Positions 35,543-45,566 of a stretch of DNA of 64,000 nucleotides are shown in pieces. A program made the position numbers and the translations under genes. The notes under the pieces were generated by a model. The model did no database searches and was not told the origin of the DNA. It saw only the letters and a program-made list of their open reading frames with translations. The stretch is from an uncultured Methanosarcinales archaeon (GTDB lineage: Archaea > Nanobdellota > Nanobdellia > Woesearchaeales > GW2011-AR4). The stretch is taken from the NCBI GenBank assembly GCA_964564925.1, contig CAZMBY010000001.1, forward strand, positions 37,929 to 101,928. The letters run 5' to 3'. How positions within the stretch are numbered: position 1 is the first letter of the stretch; each line of letters starts with the position of its first letter.

Positions 35543-36370
35543 ATGAGGACTGACATATTCAAGACTCTGTTCCAGCGGGTTTCAAAGTCATTTCCAAACC
35601 TTAGGCTGAAGCTGAAGCAGGCTGGCATGGATGACAAGCCAGATTTGTTTATCAAGAAAACTTTTGTCACGTCATTCTATATGACAACAGGGGTCGTTGT
35701 TTCGTTATTTCTGGTGCTCGCTAAATTGGACGTCCTAAAGGGAGTGATATTCCTGATTATACCTGTTATTTTTGTTGTGATGCTTTTTTATCTTATGAGG
35801 CTCCCGGATGCAAAAATATCAAGGAAAGAAAGGGAGATAAGCAAGGAAATTGTCTTTGCAGGAAGGTTCATCATAATAGAGCTGGAGTCCGGCGTGCCTC
35901 TCTATAATGCAATGGTCAATGTTTCAAAAAACTATGAGATTATAGGGAAATACTTCAAGGAGATAACAGACAAAGTCGACCTTGGAACAAGCATTGAGGA
36001 TGCATTGAATGAAGCGGTAGAGTTCATCCCCTCAAATGACTTCAGAAAAATACTTTGGCAAATCATAAACTCGATAAGGACAGGCTCCAATGTTGCAAAG
36101 GCGCTTTACTCTGTGATGGAGCAAATCACAAAAGACCAGATAACAGAGGTCAACAGGTACGGTAAAAAGCTGAACCCGTTAGCGATGTTCTATATGATAG
36201 TGGCAGTTATTTTGCCGTCCTTGGGAATGACAATGCTGATAATACTGTCTTCTTTCATACAATTTGAGCTAAGCCTCACCATTTTGATTGCGCTTGCAGG
36301 CTTTTTGGGATTTGTGCAGTTCATGTTCATATCATTGGTTAAGTTCTCAAGGCCTGCCATTGAGTTTTAA
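35543..36370 (+). CDS. FlaJ/TadB-like polytopic membrane platform protein (first of two separate genes)
   Basis: T2SSF-like domain 'EIVFAGRFIIIELESGVPLYNAMVNVS...IEDALNEAV...VAKALYSVMEQI' flanked by TM helices. Starts 2 nt after the ATPase stop. Confidence 0.7.
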   Translation: MRTDIFKTLFQRVSKSFPNLRLKLKQAGMDDKPDLFIKKTFVTSFYMTTGVVVSLFLVLAKLDVLKGVIFLIIPVIFVVMLFYLMRLPDAKISRKEREISKEIVFAGRFIIIELESGVPLYNAMVNVSKNYEIIGKYFKEITDKVDLGTSIEDALNEAVEFIPSNDFRKILWQIINSIRTGSNVAKALYSVMEQITKDQITEVNRYGKKLNPLAMFYMIVAVILPSLGMTMLIILSSFIQFELSLTILIALAGFLGFVQFMFISLVKFSRPAIEF

Positions 36371-36416
36371 CTTGCATGCGAGTTTTTCTCGCGTGCCACA
36401 GCTTCCATTAAGCACA

Positions 36417-37517
36417 ATGTTCAACCTCAAAAACATATTGAAGAAAAAAAGCGGTGCAGATAAGCAAGAAACTAGAATTGAGTTTTTCAAGAAAAAATTC
36501 AAGAAGGCCCAGGAAAAAAGGACATTATCAGCCCAAAGGAAGCAAAGAATCAGGGAGTATATAGAAAGAGCCGGTCTTGAAGCGAATCCACAAAAGCTTT
36601 CGAAGATTTTTTTTAATACTGCCATTATAATAAACCTTGCAATATCTGCCTATCTTATCTATTACTTCTCTGTCAATTATGGGATTGAGTGGAGCGCGAT
36701 TGTAACTTCTATGCTGGTCCTATGGATCTTTATCTTTATATTCCTGGTTTTTGCATTGTGGATTATATTCTACATAGCAGTGGATTTGAAGATTTTCAGG
36801 AGAAGGGTCGATTTGGAGGATGTCTTACCTGATTTCCTGCAGTTGACTGCCGCAAACATAAATGCAGGCATGACCATTGACAGGGCATTATGGTATTCTG
36901 TCAGGCCAAGATTTGGAGTGCTTGCCAAAGAGATAGAGATGGTTGCCAAGGAAACAATGAGCGGGGTCGATTTGAAGGTTGCATTGGACAAATTTGCTGC
37001 AAGGTATGACTCCGCAATTCTCAAGAGGTCTATCAGCATGATCAATGAAGGAATAGAAGCTGGCGGGCAAATAGGAGATTTGCTTAACAGGATAGCTGTC
37101 AATATCCAGGAGCAGAAATCAATGATGAATGAGATGTCTGCAAACGTCACAACTTATGTGATATTCATAACATTTGCAACAATAGCTGCCGCGCCCTTCC
37201 TGTTCGCCATGTCAGGAGTCTTAATAGGCGTGGTAAAGACGATAGGCACTTCATTGGGCTCAGCGACAACTGCGGCTGCAAGCGCCGGCGTGCCAATAAT
37301 GTTCCAAGGCACAGGCATATCTGAGTCAGATTTTAAGATTTTTTCCGTTGTATCGCTGATAATAACTTCATCATTCTCTGCCATGATGGTATCCACAATA
37401 AAAAAAGGGAACATAAAATCAGGGATAAAATACATACCCATCTTCATAATTGTAACTTTATCGATATATTTCATTGTGCAGGGAGTTTCACAGAAATTGT
37501 TTGTATTTTTTGTTTAA
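36417..37517 (+). CDS. FlaJ/TadC-like polytopic membrane platform protein (second gene)
   Basis: 'DFLQLTAANINAGMTIDRALWYSVRPRFGVLAKEIEMVAKETMSGVDLKVALDKFAARYDSAILKRSISMINEGIEAGGQIGDLLNRIA' T2SSF-like domain plus TM helices. The ORF track starts at 36288. That extension overlaps the upstream gene and a GCATGCGAG…CTCGC hairpin, so the Met at 36417 is preferred. Confidence 0.65.
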   Translation: MFNLKNILKKKSGADKQETRIEFFKKKFKKAQEKRTLSAQRKQRIREYIERAGLEANPQKLSKIFFNTAIIINLAISAYLIYYFSVNYGIEWSAIVTSMLVLWIFIFIFLVFALWIIFYIAVDLKIFRRRVDLEDVLPDFLQLTAANINAGMTIDRALWYSVRPRFGVLAKEIEMVAKETMSGVDLKVALDKFAARYDSAILKRSISMINEGIEAGGQIGDLLNRIAVNIQEQKSMMNEMSANVTTYVIFITFATIAAAPFLFAMSGVLIGVVKTIGTSLGSATTAAASAGVPIMFQGTGISESDFKIFSVVSLIITSSFSAMMVSTIKKGNIKSGIKYIPIFIIVTLSIYFIVQGVSQKLFVFFV

Positions 37518-37640
37518 ATCCTGCAATTAAATGTTTCGAACATTAATTGTGCTGCAATTCAAGCAATTACGGGAATTCACCCGCATCAATCCATATTATT
37601 GATTAGCATGGGAAAGATTTATATATTAGCTATTTAATTG

Positions 37641-37680
37641 ATATATAAAATAAAAATGGAATTTAAATGAGGTGAAGTTA
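37641..37680 (+). promoter_or_regulatory. Putative promoter (TATA 'atatataaaa') and SD-like 'aggtga' for the pilin gene pair
   Basis: The TATA-like box is at 37641-37650, ~35 nt upstream of ATG 37681. 'gaggtgaag' sits 5-9 nt upstream of that ATG. Confidence 0.3.
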
Positions 37681-38133
37681 ATGAGTGATTCTCCTTTGTT
37701 CAAGCCGAAAAAATCCCAAGCTGCCATGGAATTCTTGATGACCTATGGCTGGGCTATACTTGTTGTTCTTGCTGCTATTGCTGCTCTTGCCTATTTTGGC
37801 GTTTTAAGCCCGGAAAAATTTCTTCCGGAAAAGTGCCTTGTAGAGACAGGGTTCACCTGCATAAGCTCAAAGGTAGAGTCTAGCCAATCCACTATCGTGC
37901 TTCAAAACAGCTACGGGAGGAGTGTTGTCATTGACAATATCCAGATTGGCAGCTGTTCCACTGCATTCACAACAACTCTGACAAGCGAGGATCAAAACAA
38001 TTTTGTGCTGACTGGCTGCAGCAACGGCGATGTAAAGGAAGTATTCAAAGGTGAGGTGATTATTAAGTACACGGAAAAGAACACCAATCTTTCAAAAACT
38101 GCATACGGCCAAATAAACACTAAAATAGAATAA
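37681..38133 (+). CDS. Archaeal type IV pilin (class III signal peptide, major pilin candidate)
   Basis: 'MSDSPLFKPKKSQ^AAMEFLMTYGWAILVVLAAIAALAYFG' is a canonical archaeal prepilin processing site (K-S-Q/AA) plus hydrophobic helix, then a ~110-aa beta domain. The ORF track begins at an upstream GTG (37672). Confidence 0.7.
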   Translation: MSDSPLFKPKKSQAAMEFLMTYGWAILVVLAAIAALAYFGVLSPEKFLPEKCLVETGFTCISSKVESSQSTIVLQNSYGRSVVIDNIQIGSCSTAFTTTLTSEDQNNFVLTGCSNGDVKEVFKGEVIIKYTEKNTNLSKTAYGQINTKIE

Positions 38134-38183
38134 ATTTAAATACTAATGATTTTATAAAAAGAATGATAGAGGTGAATTGAATC

Positions 38184-38618
38184 ATGAACCGAAAATCCCA
38201 AGCTGCACTTGAATTTATTATGACTTATGGCTGGGCCATTCTTGTTGTTTTAGTTGCCATAGGCGCCTTGGCATATTTTGGGGTATTAAGCCCTGACAGG
38301 TTCTTGCCGTCAAAATGTGTTCTTCAATCGGGAATAGCATGTGTTGACCACAAAGCTACCTCAACATCGCTTACTGTAGTTGCTCAGAACTCTTTTGGGT
38401 ATGACTTAACGATAACTGATGTCAAAGCCCAGCAGTGCACAGCACAAACTGGATTGACAACATCATTTCCCAATGGGGGGCAGGCAACACTCGTCATGGT
38501 GTGTACAAATTCCGGAAGCAAGTACAATGGTCAGTTTAATATAACCTACAATACACCATCTGATGTTGGCGGCATTTCCCATACTAATATTGGGCAAGTG
38601 ACAACAAGAATTGAGTGA
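38184..38618 (+). CDS. Archaeal type IV pilin paralog
   Basis: 'MNRKSQ^AALEFIMTYGWAILVVLVAIGALAYFG'. ~45% identical to the upstream pilin; RBS 'gaggtga' at 38169-38175. Confidence 0.7.
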   Translation: MNRKSQAALEFIMTYGWAILVVLVAIGALAYFGVLSPDRFLPSKCVLQSGIACVDHKATSTSLTVVAQNSFGYDLTITDVKAQQCTAQTGLTTSFPNGGQATLVMVCTNSGSKYNGQFNITYNTPSDVGGISHTNIGQVTTRIE

Positions 38619-38843
38619 ACGAACTAATTCTTTTTTATTTTTATATTTTGCTTATAAAATCGTATGGCGAATACCCACAGATTACTTTGAAATGACTTAA
38701 AATTTCAAAGTTCACAGAAAATGCAAAGCAATTTCTTAGGACATCAAGAATCTTTGGTTTTTGAGTGATTTCCTAAAAGATAATCTGGGGGCTGAAAACC
38801 AAAACTTTAAGTAATCAAAATTATCTATAATAAAATTCAATTA

Positions 38844-39422
<579 letters not shown>

Positions 39423-39792
39423 ATTTTGCACCAGGAAGGCAAGGAAGCATACATTCTTTATTTTTCTGCACCCAAACAATCCAAAACCCGGGAGTAAATG
39501 GTTGAAAAAAGTATGCAGCAAATTCTCAATGGAAATGGATAAAATGATCAGTAAATTCGATAACAAACGCTCGGTTGCGCCTCGTTCCACTCAAATTTGA
39601 CTTCGCATGTATCGTTAGGGTTTCTCGTTTAGCGAACCATACATTAAACTTTTAGCGTAGCGACCTCTGCAAGAAGGGAAAGTTCAAGGTGAATGGTTTG
39701 CGTCAGAAACCCCCCAGCCTTAGCTGGATTAAAAGGGTGTATATGCCAATGACTAGAGCAAGGTATAGGAAAGAGAAGAGGTTGGGTGCCAG

Positions 39793-40368
39793 CTAATCAC
39801 AATATACATACTTTATCGGAAAACTGCATCCAACAGCAGCGCATGACTCGGGAGTCAATCTATTGTCTTGGTCAATTTTATCCTGTATTTTTTCACCCTT
39901 GGAATGATATAAGCATTCAACTTTGGCAATCTCTTCAAGTCGCTTATCAAAGACGCAGCATCCACAGCCGCAGGAGATGTAGTATTCTGGCTCCGGGCCT
40001 TCTTTAGCAGAATTGTTCATTTCTTTCACATAAGCACATTTATTAGAAACACATCTTGCTTCAGGAGCTGGAGCACATTCATTAATCATTCTTGAGCATT
40101 TGGAAGCATATTTTTGCATTTTGCCATAGAATAATTCTTTATCAACTTCCTTATTAATGAAATGATAGCATCCAAATTCAATATAGCTCCCTCCCAATAT
40201 CAAAATATCGCAATCAGAATCAATTTGGCAGTAGTTGGCTTTGTCGATTTCACTTTCTATATCATCATGTTGATTTTGGCAAGAAAGAGGCTGATTCAGA
40301 AAAAAATAGCCTGATCCAGCGACTATAAAGATTGAAGCAATTATAATAAAAATATGTTTCTTCTCCAT
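39793..40368 (-). CDS. Cys-rich secreted/lipoprotein-like protein (191 aa)
   Basis: N-terminal 'HIFIIIASIFIVAGSGYFFL', then 14 Cys including CGCGCC and CxxC-like pairs. Function unknown. Confidence 0.45.
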   Translation of the reverse strand: MEKKHIFIIIASIFIVAGSGYFFLNQPLSCQNQHDDIESEIDKANYCQIDSDCDILILGGSYIEFGCYHFINKEVDKELFYGKMQKYASKCSRMINECAPAPEARCVSNKCAYVKEMNNSAKEGPEPEYYISCGCGCCVFDKRLEEIAKVECLYHSKGEKIQDKIDQDNRLTPESCAAVGCSFPIKYVYCD

Positions 40369-40399
40369 AATTCAACAATAAAAAGTTAAAAAAGAAGTA

Positions 40400-43300
40400 T
40401 TAATATTCCCCTTTTCTCTTTTGCCAAGCAAAGTAGCCAATACCTGCCGCTACAACAATTAACAAGACTACAATCCATCCCATTGATGTCCTGCTTAATC
40501 CTCCCTCTGGTGCAACTGCTGTTGGTGTGGATGGTTGTGCTGTTGGAGGCTGCTCTGTTGGTGTAGTTGGAGGCTGCTCTGTTGGCGGCTGTGTAGTTGG
40601 AGGCTGCTCTGTTGGAGCTGCTTCTTTAGTTCCTATGGCAAATGTGCTTGTTCCTGGTGATGTTGATTGATAGCTGACATAATCTGCATCGCTTCCTGAC
40701 TTGGTTGTTGGCAATGGGTTCCACTGGCCATCGCTGTACCTGTACAGCACTATATCATCTTCAGAAGCCCCATTGCTTACCAGCCATGATTTTGGCACTC
40801 TGAAGTTAATTGTTGTGCTTGACGTGTCTAAATCTGCAAAATTGCTCTTTGTTATCTGCAGGTATTGGAATACTTTTGCTGCTGCAGCTGTTGAATATGG
40901 ATTTGCTTTCAGGCTATCCACACTTAATGATGGGTTTGAAACAGCATTAGCAATTCCGATTATTACTGCAGTAAAGGCTATATTCTGGTTGTTGATAGTT
41001 AAAGTTGCTGTTGAGCCTGCAGCTAACTGGTCCCATACTCTACCGACATTTGCTTCTACATTGCTTACCACTCCTCCTCCGCCTCCTCCCCCACCGCCGC
41101 TACTGCTTGAGGAGCTTGAGCTTGAAGAAGAAGCTGCTGAGCTTGTACTAAAGTTAAATGTTCCGTTCTTAGCGCAGTTTCCATTGTTGTCGCATATTGT
41201 TACGTTGAAATGGTATGTTGTAGAGGCAGTTAGTCCAGTTATTTCTACATCCTGTGAGGCATTAAAATCAGTTTGCATGGCAGCAACAGTATTAACTATT
41301 GCCCCTACTGAAGTGCCATAGTACACTGTTGCATTTACCGATTCATTGATGCCGCTTATTGTAATTGTAGCTGTTGTTGTGCCGCCGCTTGCTGAAACTG
41401 CAGTTAGATTCGGCACGTTTGGAGCTGCAGTGTCTGAAACGTTGAACTGCCACAAGTAATTGTTAACGTTGCTATCCGAGTCAGTAACCGTGAAGGTAAT
41501 ATTGAATAGGTTGTCTCCACCAGCATTATTTATTGTATTATTAAACCTCTCGGTTGAGCCAAGGCATATTCCGCTGCTCAAAGTCATTGTTTTGTTGGAA
41601 ACAGACGAGTTTATTGAGTATTTGCAACTTATGGCGTCTGCTGTTACTGATATGTTTGGAACAAACATGCCTACTAACTGGTCTAAAGCTGGTGTTGTGA
41701 CATTTACCAATGGGATTGCTGAATTGTTCACAAACCCTAATCCACTGAAATGGGGCAAATATACCCTTATCGAGCTGTTGTCTGTGTAATTCCAGCAGGC
41801 TGAAGCAGTAAAGCTTGGACTAAATCCTGCTGCGCATTCAGACAAGTTACTCTCTGCGGTGACATCATCAATGTCCGGGAAATACCATAATTCGAATTTG
41901 CCACCAATCTCGTATTGGCTCGCATTGTTAATCCTGTAATTTATTATTCCATAATATGAATTATTGTTGGGGAGGAAATCGTGAATTGTCTTATCAAACC
42001 ATATAAGCTCCTGAACTTCTGAAGTAAAGTTATTGTTTATTTGAGTCATTGTAAGCGAATTATTCATCAGGAAAGTAAAGTTCCTGTCCCAGTTTGCAGC
42101 GGAACCGTTAAATACAACAGTAACATTGTCTATTCTCTGCGAGCCGTTCATGTCCATAAACAGTTTCCAGGTCGAGTCATTAACAACCCTAAAACTGTTG
42201 CTTCCATTATTTAATGTTTCACCTGAAGCATCAGTCAAGTTGACAAAAGATATATTAGTATTGGTAACAAGCAACGATGTATTCACATAGTCTGAAAAGT
42301 TCAGAGGACCTGTTATTGTGAAAGTCAATTGGGTTGCATTTACTACATTACCTAAAGAATCATTCGCTGTCAGCTTTAGCGTATGGGTTCCGGGCGTGAA
42401 GAAGAACCACGTGCTGTTGCCATAAGTGTTATTGACACCTTGGCCGCCTGTGCCTCCTGATGTGCTTGTGTTTATTGCAATCGGTGCAGATACATTGTCA
42501 AGGTAATAACCTACAAAGGATATAGAACTGTCTTGGTCAATTGCTGAGAAATTTATTGATACGTTGCTGTTCGTAAAGGATTGTCCATTTGTTGGTGCGT
42601 AAACATAAATTGAAGGAGCCACATTATCAACAAGGAATCCAAATGTTGTTGCATTTGAGTTTCCTGCTGTGTCTGTTACAGTTACTTTTAACGACCTATT
42701 GCCCGATGTTGTTGGGCATGTTGATGCATTGAATGGGAATACCACAGTGTTGTTTTGGAAATAAACTGTTGTGCTTGAATCACAACTCGAAACATAAGAT
42801 AGGTTAGCGACACTTGCTCCTGATCCAGCAATTCCAAGCCCATAAAACCCAAGTCCCTTAACATTGTCTCTTAATATGCTTGAAGTCAGGTTTGTCTCAT
42901 TTACAGCAGCGGTAGTAATAAGATTATTGGCAGTTACGTTGCTAAAGTTTAATGCTGGAACGCCTCCGCTTTGAACCGTGAAAGTGTGATTTCTGGCTTC
43001 AATATTTCCCCATGTATCTCTTGTTTGTACTAAGATGAAGTGTGACCCATTTACCAATGTGCATGATGGATCGTTTGTTGGTGTGAATGAGCTATTTCTA
43101 AAGGCATCTGCGTTGCCATCAGAAGCGCTTGCGGTTGTAAATCTCTTGAACTTGTTGCAGCCAACTAACACCCCATCAAGGCTGACGTTGATTTCTGCCA
43201 TGCCGCTTGTTTCAATTACAGACCAGCTTACCAATGGCAATGTGGCTGTTGAACCTGTTAGATTAGAGCCGTTTACTGAAACTGTCCCATTGATTGTTAT

Positions 43301-44647
43301 AGCTGACTTTGTCGTATCATTGATGTTCACAGTGATGTTTCGTGCTGCGCCAGATTCATGAGAGGCATTAGTATTTCTATTGCCAAGCGTGTCATTAACT
43401 AATATTCTAAAGGTTATATTCTTGCCTTCAAATTCATTGCGGCCTTTTGAGGGCATGAAACTGAAATTAATACTTGCATTGGTATTTGTTCCAGCATTTG
43501 TTATATTACCCGATATATAATTATTTGTGGTATTTACAGTCTGCCAAGAATTAGCAGTTACATTAAAGAACTGCAAGTCTGCATGGGACGGTTGTGTCAA
43601 GTTATCAGTAAAATTTGCTAATACAAAGATTCTTTTGCCTTGCGCGCCTGAGCCTCCACTAGTCTGCACATCTGATGGCGCACTTGCACCATATCTATCA
43701 CAATAAGACTCTATTGCTGAGGAGCCTGTTTCATTAGTGCAAATAGTGAGATTAACGACATATGGTGGTATCTGGTCAACTGTGACTCGTGATGAAATGC
43801 CTGTGCTATAGGTGCCAAGAGCGTCCATTGCCGATATGTTTAATAGATATGTTCCGTTGCTAGTGAAACTCCTATAAGTAGCATTACAGGTTGTGGCAGC
43901 AGTGCTGATATCACCATTTGTCGCTGAACAGCTTAAGTTGGTTGTATCGCTTCGGTTTATATAGGTGAAAATCCTCACTTGCGCTCCGCCATAGAATATG
44001 GATAGGTTAATAGAATTATTTATAGTCATATTCAACCCTTGCCCAGAATCATTAACTTTGAATTGTATCGATAAAACCTCTGTTGAAGAGGAAGTGTTCA
44101 AGGATGAATTAACTGTTTGATCAGGGACTGTAAAGTTGAATTGTGGCGCGGATGAATCAAGGAAAAAAGTCAAGTTTGTGCTATTAAAGAACAAATCAAC
44201 TTGCGTGCCATTAGAGCTATTAAGGCAGCCAATGTTCCAAGTAAAGTTGCCATTTGTGCTGAATGTGTAGTTAATGTAGCTTATACTGTTATTAATAATG
44301 CCATCAGTATTTGCATTAATTCCTGTCCCATTTGTTCTGTTTGCTGCACCAACCCAGCCGTTATTTCCATTGAAACCACTGATAGCACTTGTTGTATTGA
44401 TGTACAATGTACAATTCGACTGATTTTCAGAGGCACGATCCCAAGTTACATTAAATGTGAAATTTACGTTCCTGCCGATAGAATTATTATAAGTATTGTT
44501 CAATGGCGCTAGCAATTTTATTGACATTGCTTGAGTATAGAAAACAGTCATTAAGAAAATCAGAGCTATGCATAAAAACAGCGCAGTATTCACTTTCGCA
44601 TCTTTAGAATTAACTATAGCGCTAAAACCCTCTTTTTTCATTATCAC
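40400..44647 (-). CDS. Giant (1415 aa) S-layer-like surface glycoprotein with signal peptide, N/T/S-rich beta-rich ectodomain, poly-Ser/poly-Gly spacer, Pro/Thr/Gln-rich repeat stalk and C-terminal TM anchor
   Basis: Signal 'ALFLCIALIFLMTVFYTQA', very dense N-x-S/T sequons, and '…SSSSSSSSSSSSGGGGGGGGG…'. The stalk repeats 'PTEQPPTTQPPTEQPPTTPTEQPPTAQPSTPT' (27-nt DNA repeats ~40500-40620). C-terminal 'MGWIVVLLIVVAAGIGYFAWQKRKGEY'. Confidence 0.85.
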   Translation of the reverse strand: MIMKKEGFSAIVNSKDAKVNTALFLCIALIFLMTVFYTQAMSIKLLAPLNNTYNNSIGRNVNFTFNVTWDRASENQSNCTLYINTTSAISGFNGNNGWVGAANRTNGTGINANTDGIINNSISYINYTFSTNGNFTWNIGCLNSSNGTQVDLFFNSTNLTFFLDSSAPQFNFTVPDQTVNSSLNTSSSTEVLSIQFKVNDSGQGLNMTINNSINLSIFYGGAQVRIFTYINRSDTTNLSCSATNGDISTAATTCNATYRSFTSNGTYLLNISAMDALGTYSTGISSRVTVDQIPPYVVNLTICTNETGSSAIESYCDRYGASAPSDVQTSGGSGAQGKRIFVLANFTDNLTQPSHADLQFFNVTANSWQTVNTTNNYISGNITNAGTNTNASINFSFMPSKGRNEFEGKNITFRILVNDTLGNRNTNASHESGAARNITVNINDTTKSAITINGTVSVNGSNLTGSTATLPLVSWSVIETSGMAEINVSLDGVLVGCNKFKRFTTASASDGNADAFRNSSFTPTNDPSCTLVNGSHFILVQTRDTWGNIEARNHTFTVQSGGVPALNFSNVTANNLITTAAVNETNLTSSILRDNVKGLGFYGLGIAGSGASVANLSYVSSCDSSTTVYFQNNTVVFPFNASTCPTTSGNRSLKVTVTDTAGNSNATTFGFLVDNVAPSIYVYAPTNGQSFTNSNVSINFSAIDQDSSISFVGYYLDNVSAPIAINTSTSGGTGGQGVNNTYGNSTWFFFTPGTHTLKLTANDSLGNVVNATQLTFTITGPLNFSDYVNTSLLVTNTNISFVNLTDASGETLNNGSNSFRVVNDSTWKLFMDMNGSQRIDNVTVVFNGSAANWDRNFTFLMNNSLTMTQINNNFTSEVQELIWFDKTIHDFLPNNNSYYGIINYRINNASQYEIGGKFELWYFPDIDDVTAESNLSECAAGFSPSFTASACWNYTDNSSIRVYLPHFSGLGFVNNSAIPLVNVTTPALDQLVGMFVPNISVTADAISCKYSINSSVSNKTMTLSSGICLGSTERFNNTINNAGGDNLFNITFTVTDSDSNVNNYLWQFNVSDTAAPNVPNLTAVSASGGTTTATITISGINESVNATVYYGTSVGAIVNTVAAMQTDFNASQDVEITGLTASTTYHFNVTICDNNGNCAKNGTFNFSTSSAASSSSSSSSSSSGGGGGGGGGVVSNVEANVGRVWDQLAAGSTATLTINNQNIAFTAVIIGIANAVSNPSLSVDSLKANPYSTAAAAKVFQYLQITKSNFADLDTSSTTINFRVPKSWLVSNGASEDDIVLYRYSDGQWNPLPTTKSGSDADYVSYQSTSPGTSTFAIGTKEAAPTEQPPTTQPPTEQPPTTPTEQPPTAQPSTPTAVAPEGGLSRTSMGWIVVLLIVVAAGIGYFAWQKRKGEY

Positions 44648-44822
44648 TCCTCTTTAATGTAGCAACTTATGTGGCAAATGATAATTGTTTGGGCAACATA
44701 TATTTAAACTTTTTGATTTTGATGATATTGAAACATATCCCGATTCCGCATAAGTTTAAGAATATTAGAACTTTGGTGATATTTGCCATAAGTGCCTCAA
44801 AAAATCCTTCAATTAGCTCAAA

Positions 44823-45164
44823 ATGATAAGAAACCTGACAAAAAAGAAGATTATAGCTGAAAATACCAGAATCTGCGGTGATATTTTCTCAAAATTTATG
44901 GGATTGATGCTCTCAAAGAAACAGGAAAAGGCATTAGTCTTTGAATTTGAAAAGGAAAAGAGCATCTCATTGCACATGTTTTTTGTCTTTTATTCAATAG
45001 ATGTATTGTTTCTGAACGAGGGTAAGATTGTTGTCGATAAGAAAGAAAGCTTCAGGCCGTTTACACTCTATAAATCAAGGAAAAAAGCGATGTACGCTGT
45101 TGAACTGCCGAATGGAACCATAAAGATGACAAAAACTGAGATAGGCGATAAAATTGAGTTTTGA
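44823..45164 (+). CDS. DUF192-family (COG1430-like) small conserved protein
   Basis: It matches the DUF192 pattern: 'FMGLMLSK…ALVFEF…ISLHMFFVFYSIDVLFLNEGKIVV…AMYAVELPNGT…GDKIEF'. Confidence 0.6.
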   Translation: MIRNLTKKKIIAENTRICGDIFSKFMGLMLSKKQEKALVFEFEKEKSISLHMFFVFYSIDVLFLNEGKIVVDKKESFRPFTLYKSRKKAMYAVELPNGTIKMTKTEIGDKIEF

Positions 45165-45309
45165 TTTTTTTGTATATTTTATTTTTGAATTTGTTATTGA
45201 ATAAAATTTATTGATTAAGCAAAGTCTACGATGAATAAATTCAATATGCTATACGTTTAAAAAAACAATAATCTTTAAATAACGAGAATAAAAACTATGT
45301 TACCATATC

Positions 45310-45499
45310 GGGGATGTAGTACAATCTGGCCAGTATAGCCGCCTCCAGTTCATCTGGAAATCTGAGCTGGTGATATGCGAGTGAGCTCGTGCAAACTCGC
45401 TCACAGATGCACAGCGATGAAATGATTAAGGCGATAGCGGCTGATTTTCAGTGGAATCACTCAAAAGCCGAAATTAGGGTTCAAATCCCTACATCCCCA
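45310..45499 (+). tRNA. tRNA-Trp (anticodon CCA at 45345-45347) interrupted by long intron sequence (~115 nt total; one long or two introns)
   Basis: Acceptor GGGGATG(45310-16)/CATCCCC(45492-98), discriminator A. D-arm GTAC/GTAT with loop AATCTGGCCA. Anticodon stem 5' GCCGC(45338-42), loop CTCCAG. T-arm TAGGG-TTCAAAT-CCCTA (45475-91). The 3' anticodon-stem partner GCGGC is at 45437-41, so the intron follows G37 (45348). A further ~28 extra nt lie before the T-arm. A T-rich terminator follows. Confidence 0.7.
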
Positions 45500-45512
45500 C
45501 TTTTTATTTTTT
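45500..45512 (+). terminator. T-rich archaeal-type terminator after tRNA
   Basis: 'ctttttatttttt' immediately 3' of the discriminator base. Confidence 0.4.
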
Positions 45513-45566
45513 ACTCATTAACTTTATTGAAGTTCTAAAGAATTAAAAAAATCAAGAAAAAATAAT

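Noticed and set aside
36288-36416. Upstream in-frame extension of the second platform gene that overlaps the first platform gene by 83 nt
   Set aside because: The extension encodes a Cys/Ser-rich non-membrane sequence and spans the GCATGCGAG…CTCGC hairpin just after the upstream stop. The Met at 36417 gives a sensible start.
40701-41321. 206-aa plus-strand ORF with poly-Pro/Leu-Glu run
   Set aside because: It is antisense to the Ser/Gly/Pro-Thr repeat region of the 1415-aa gene, a low-complexity artefact.
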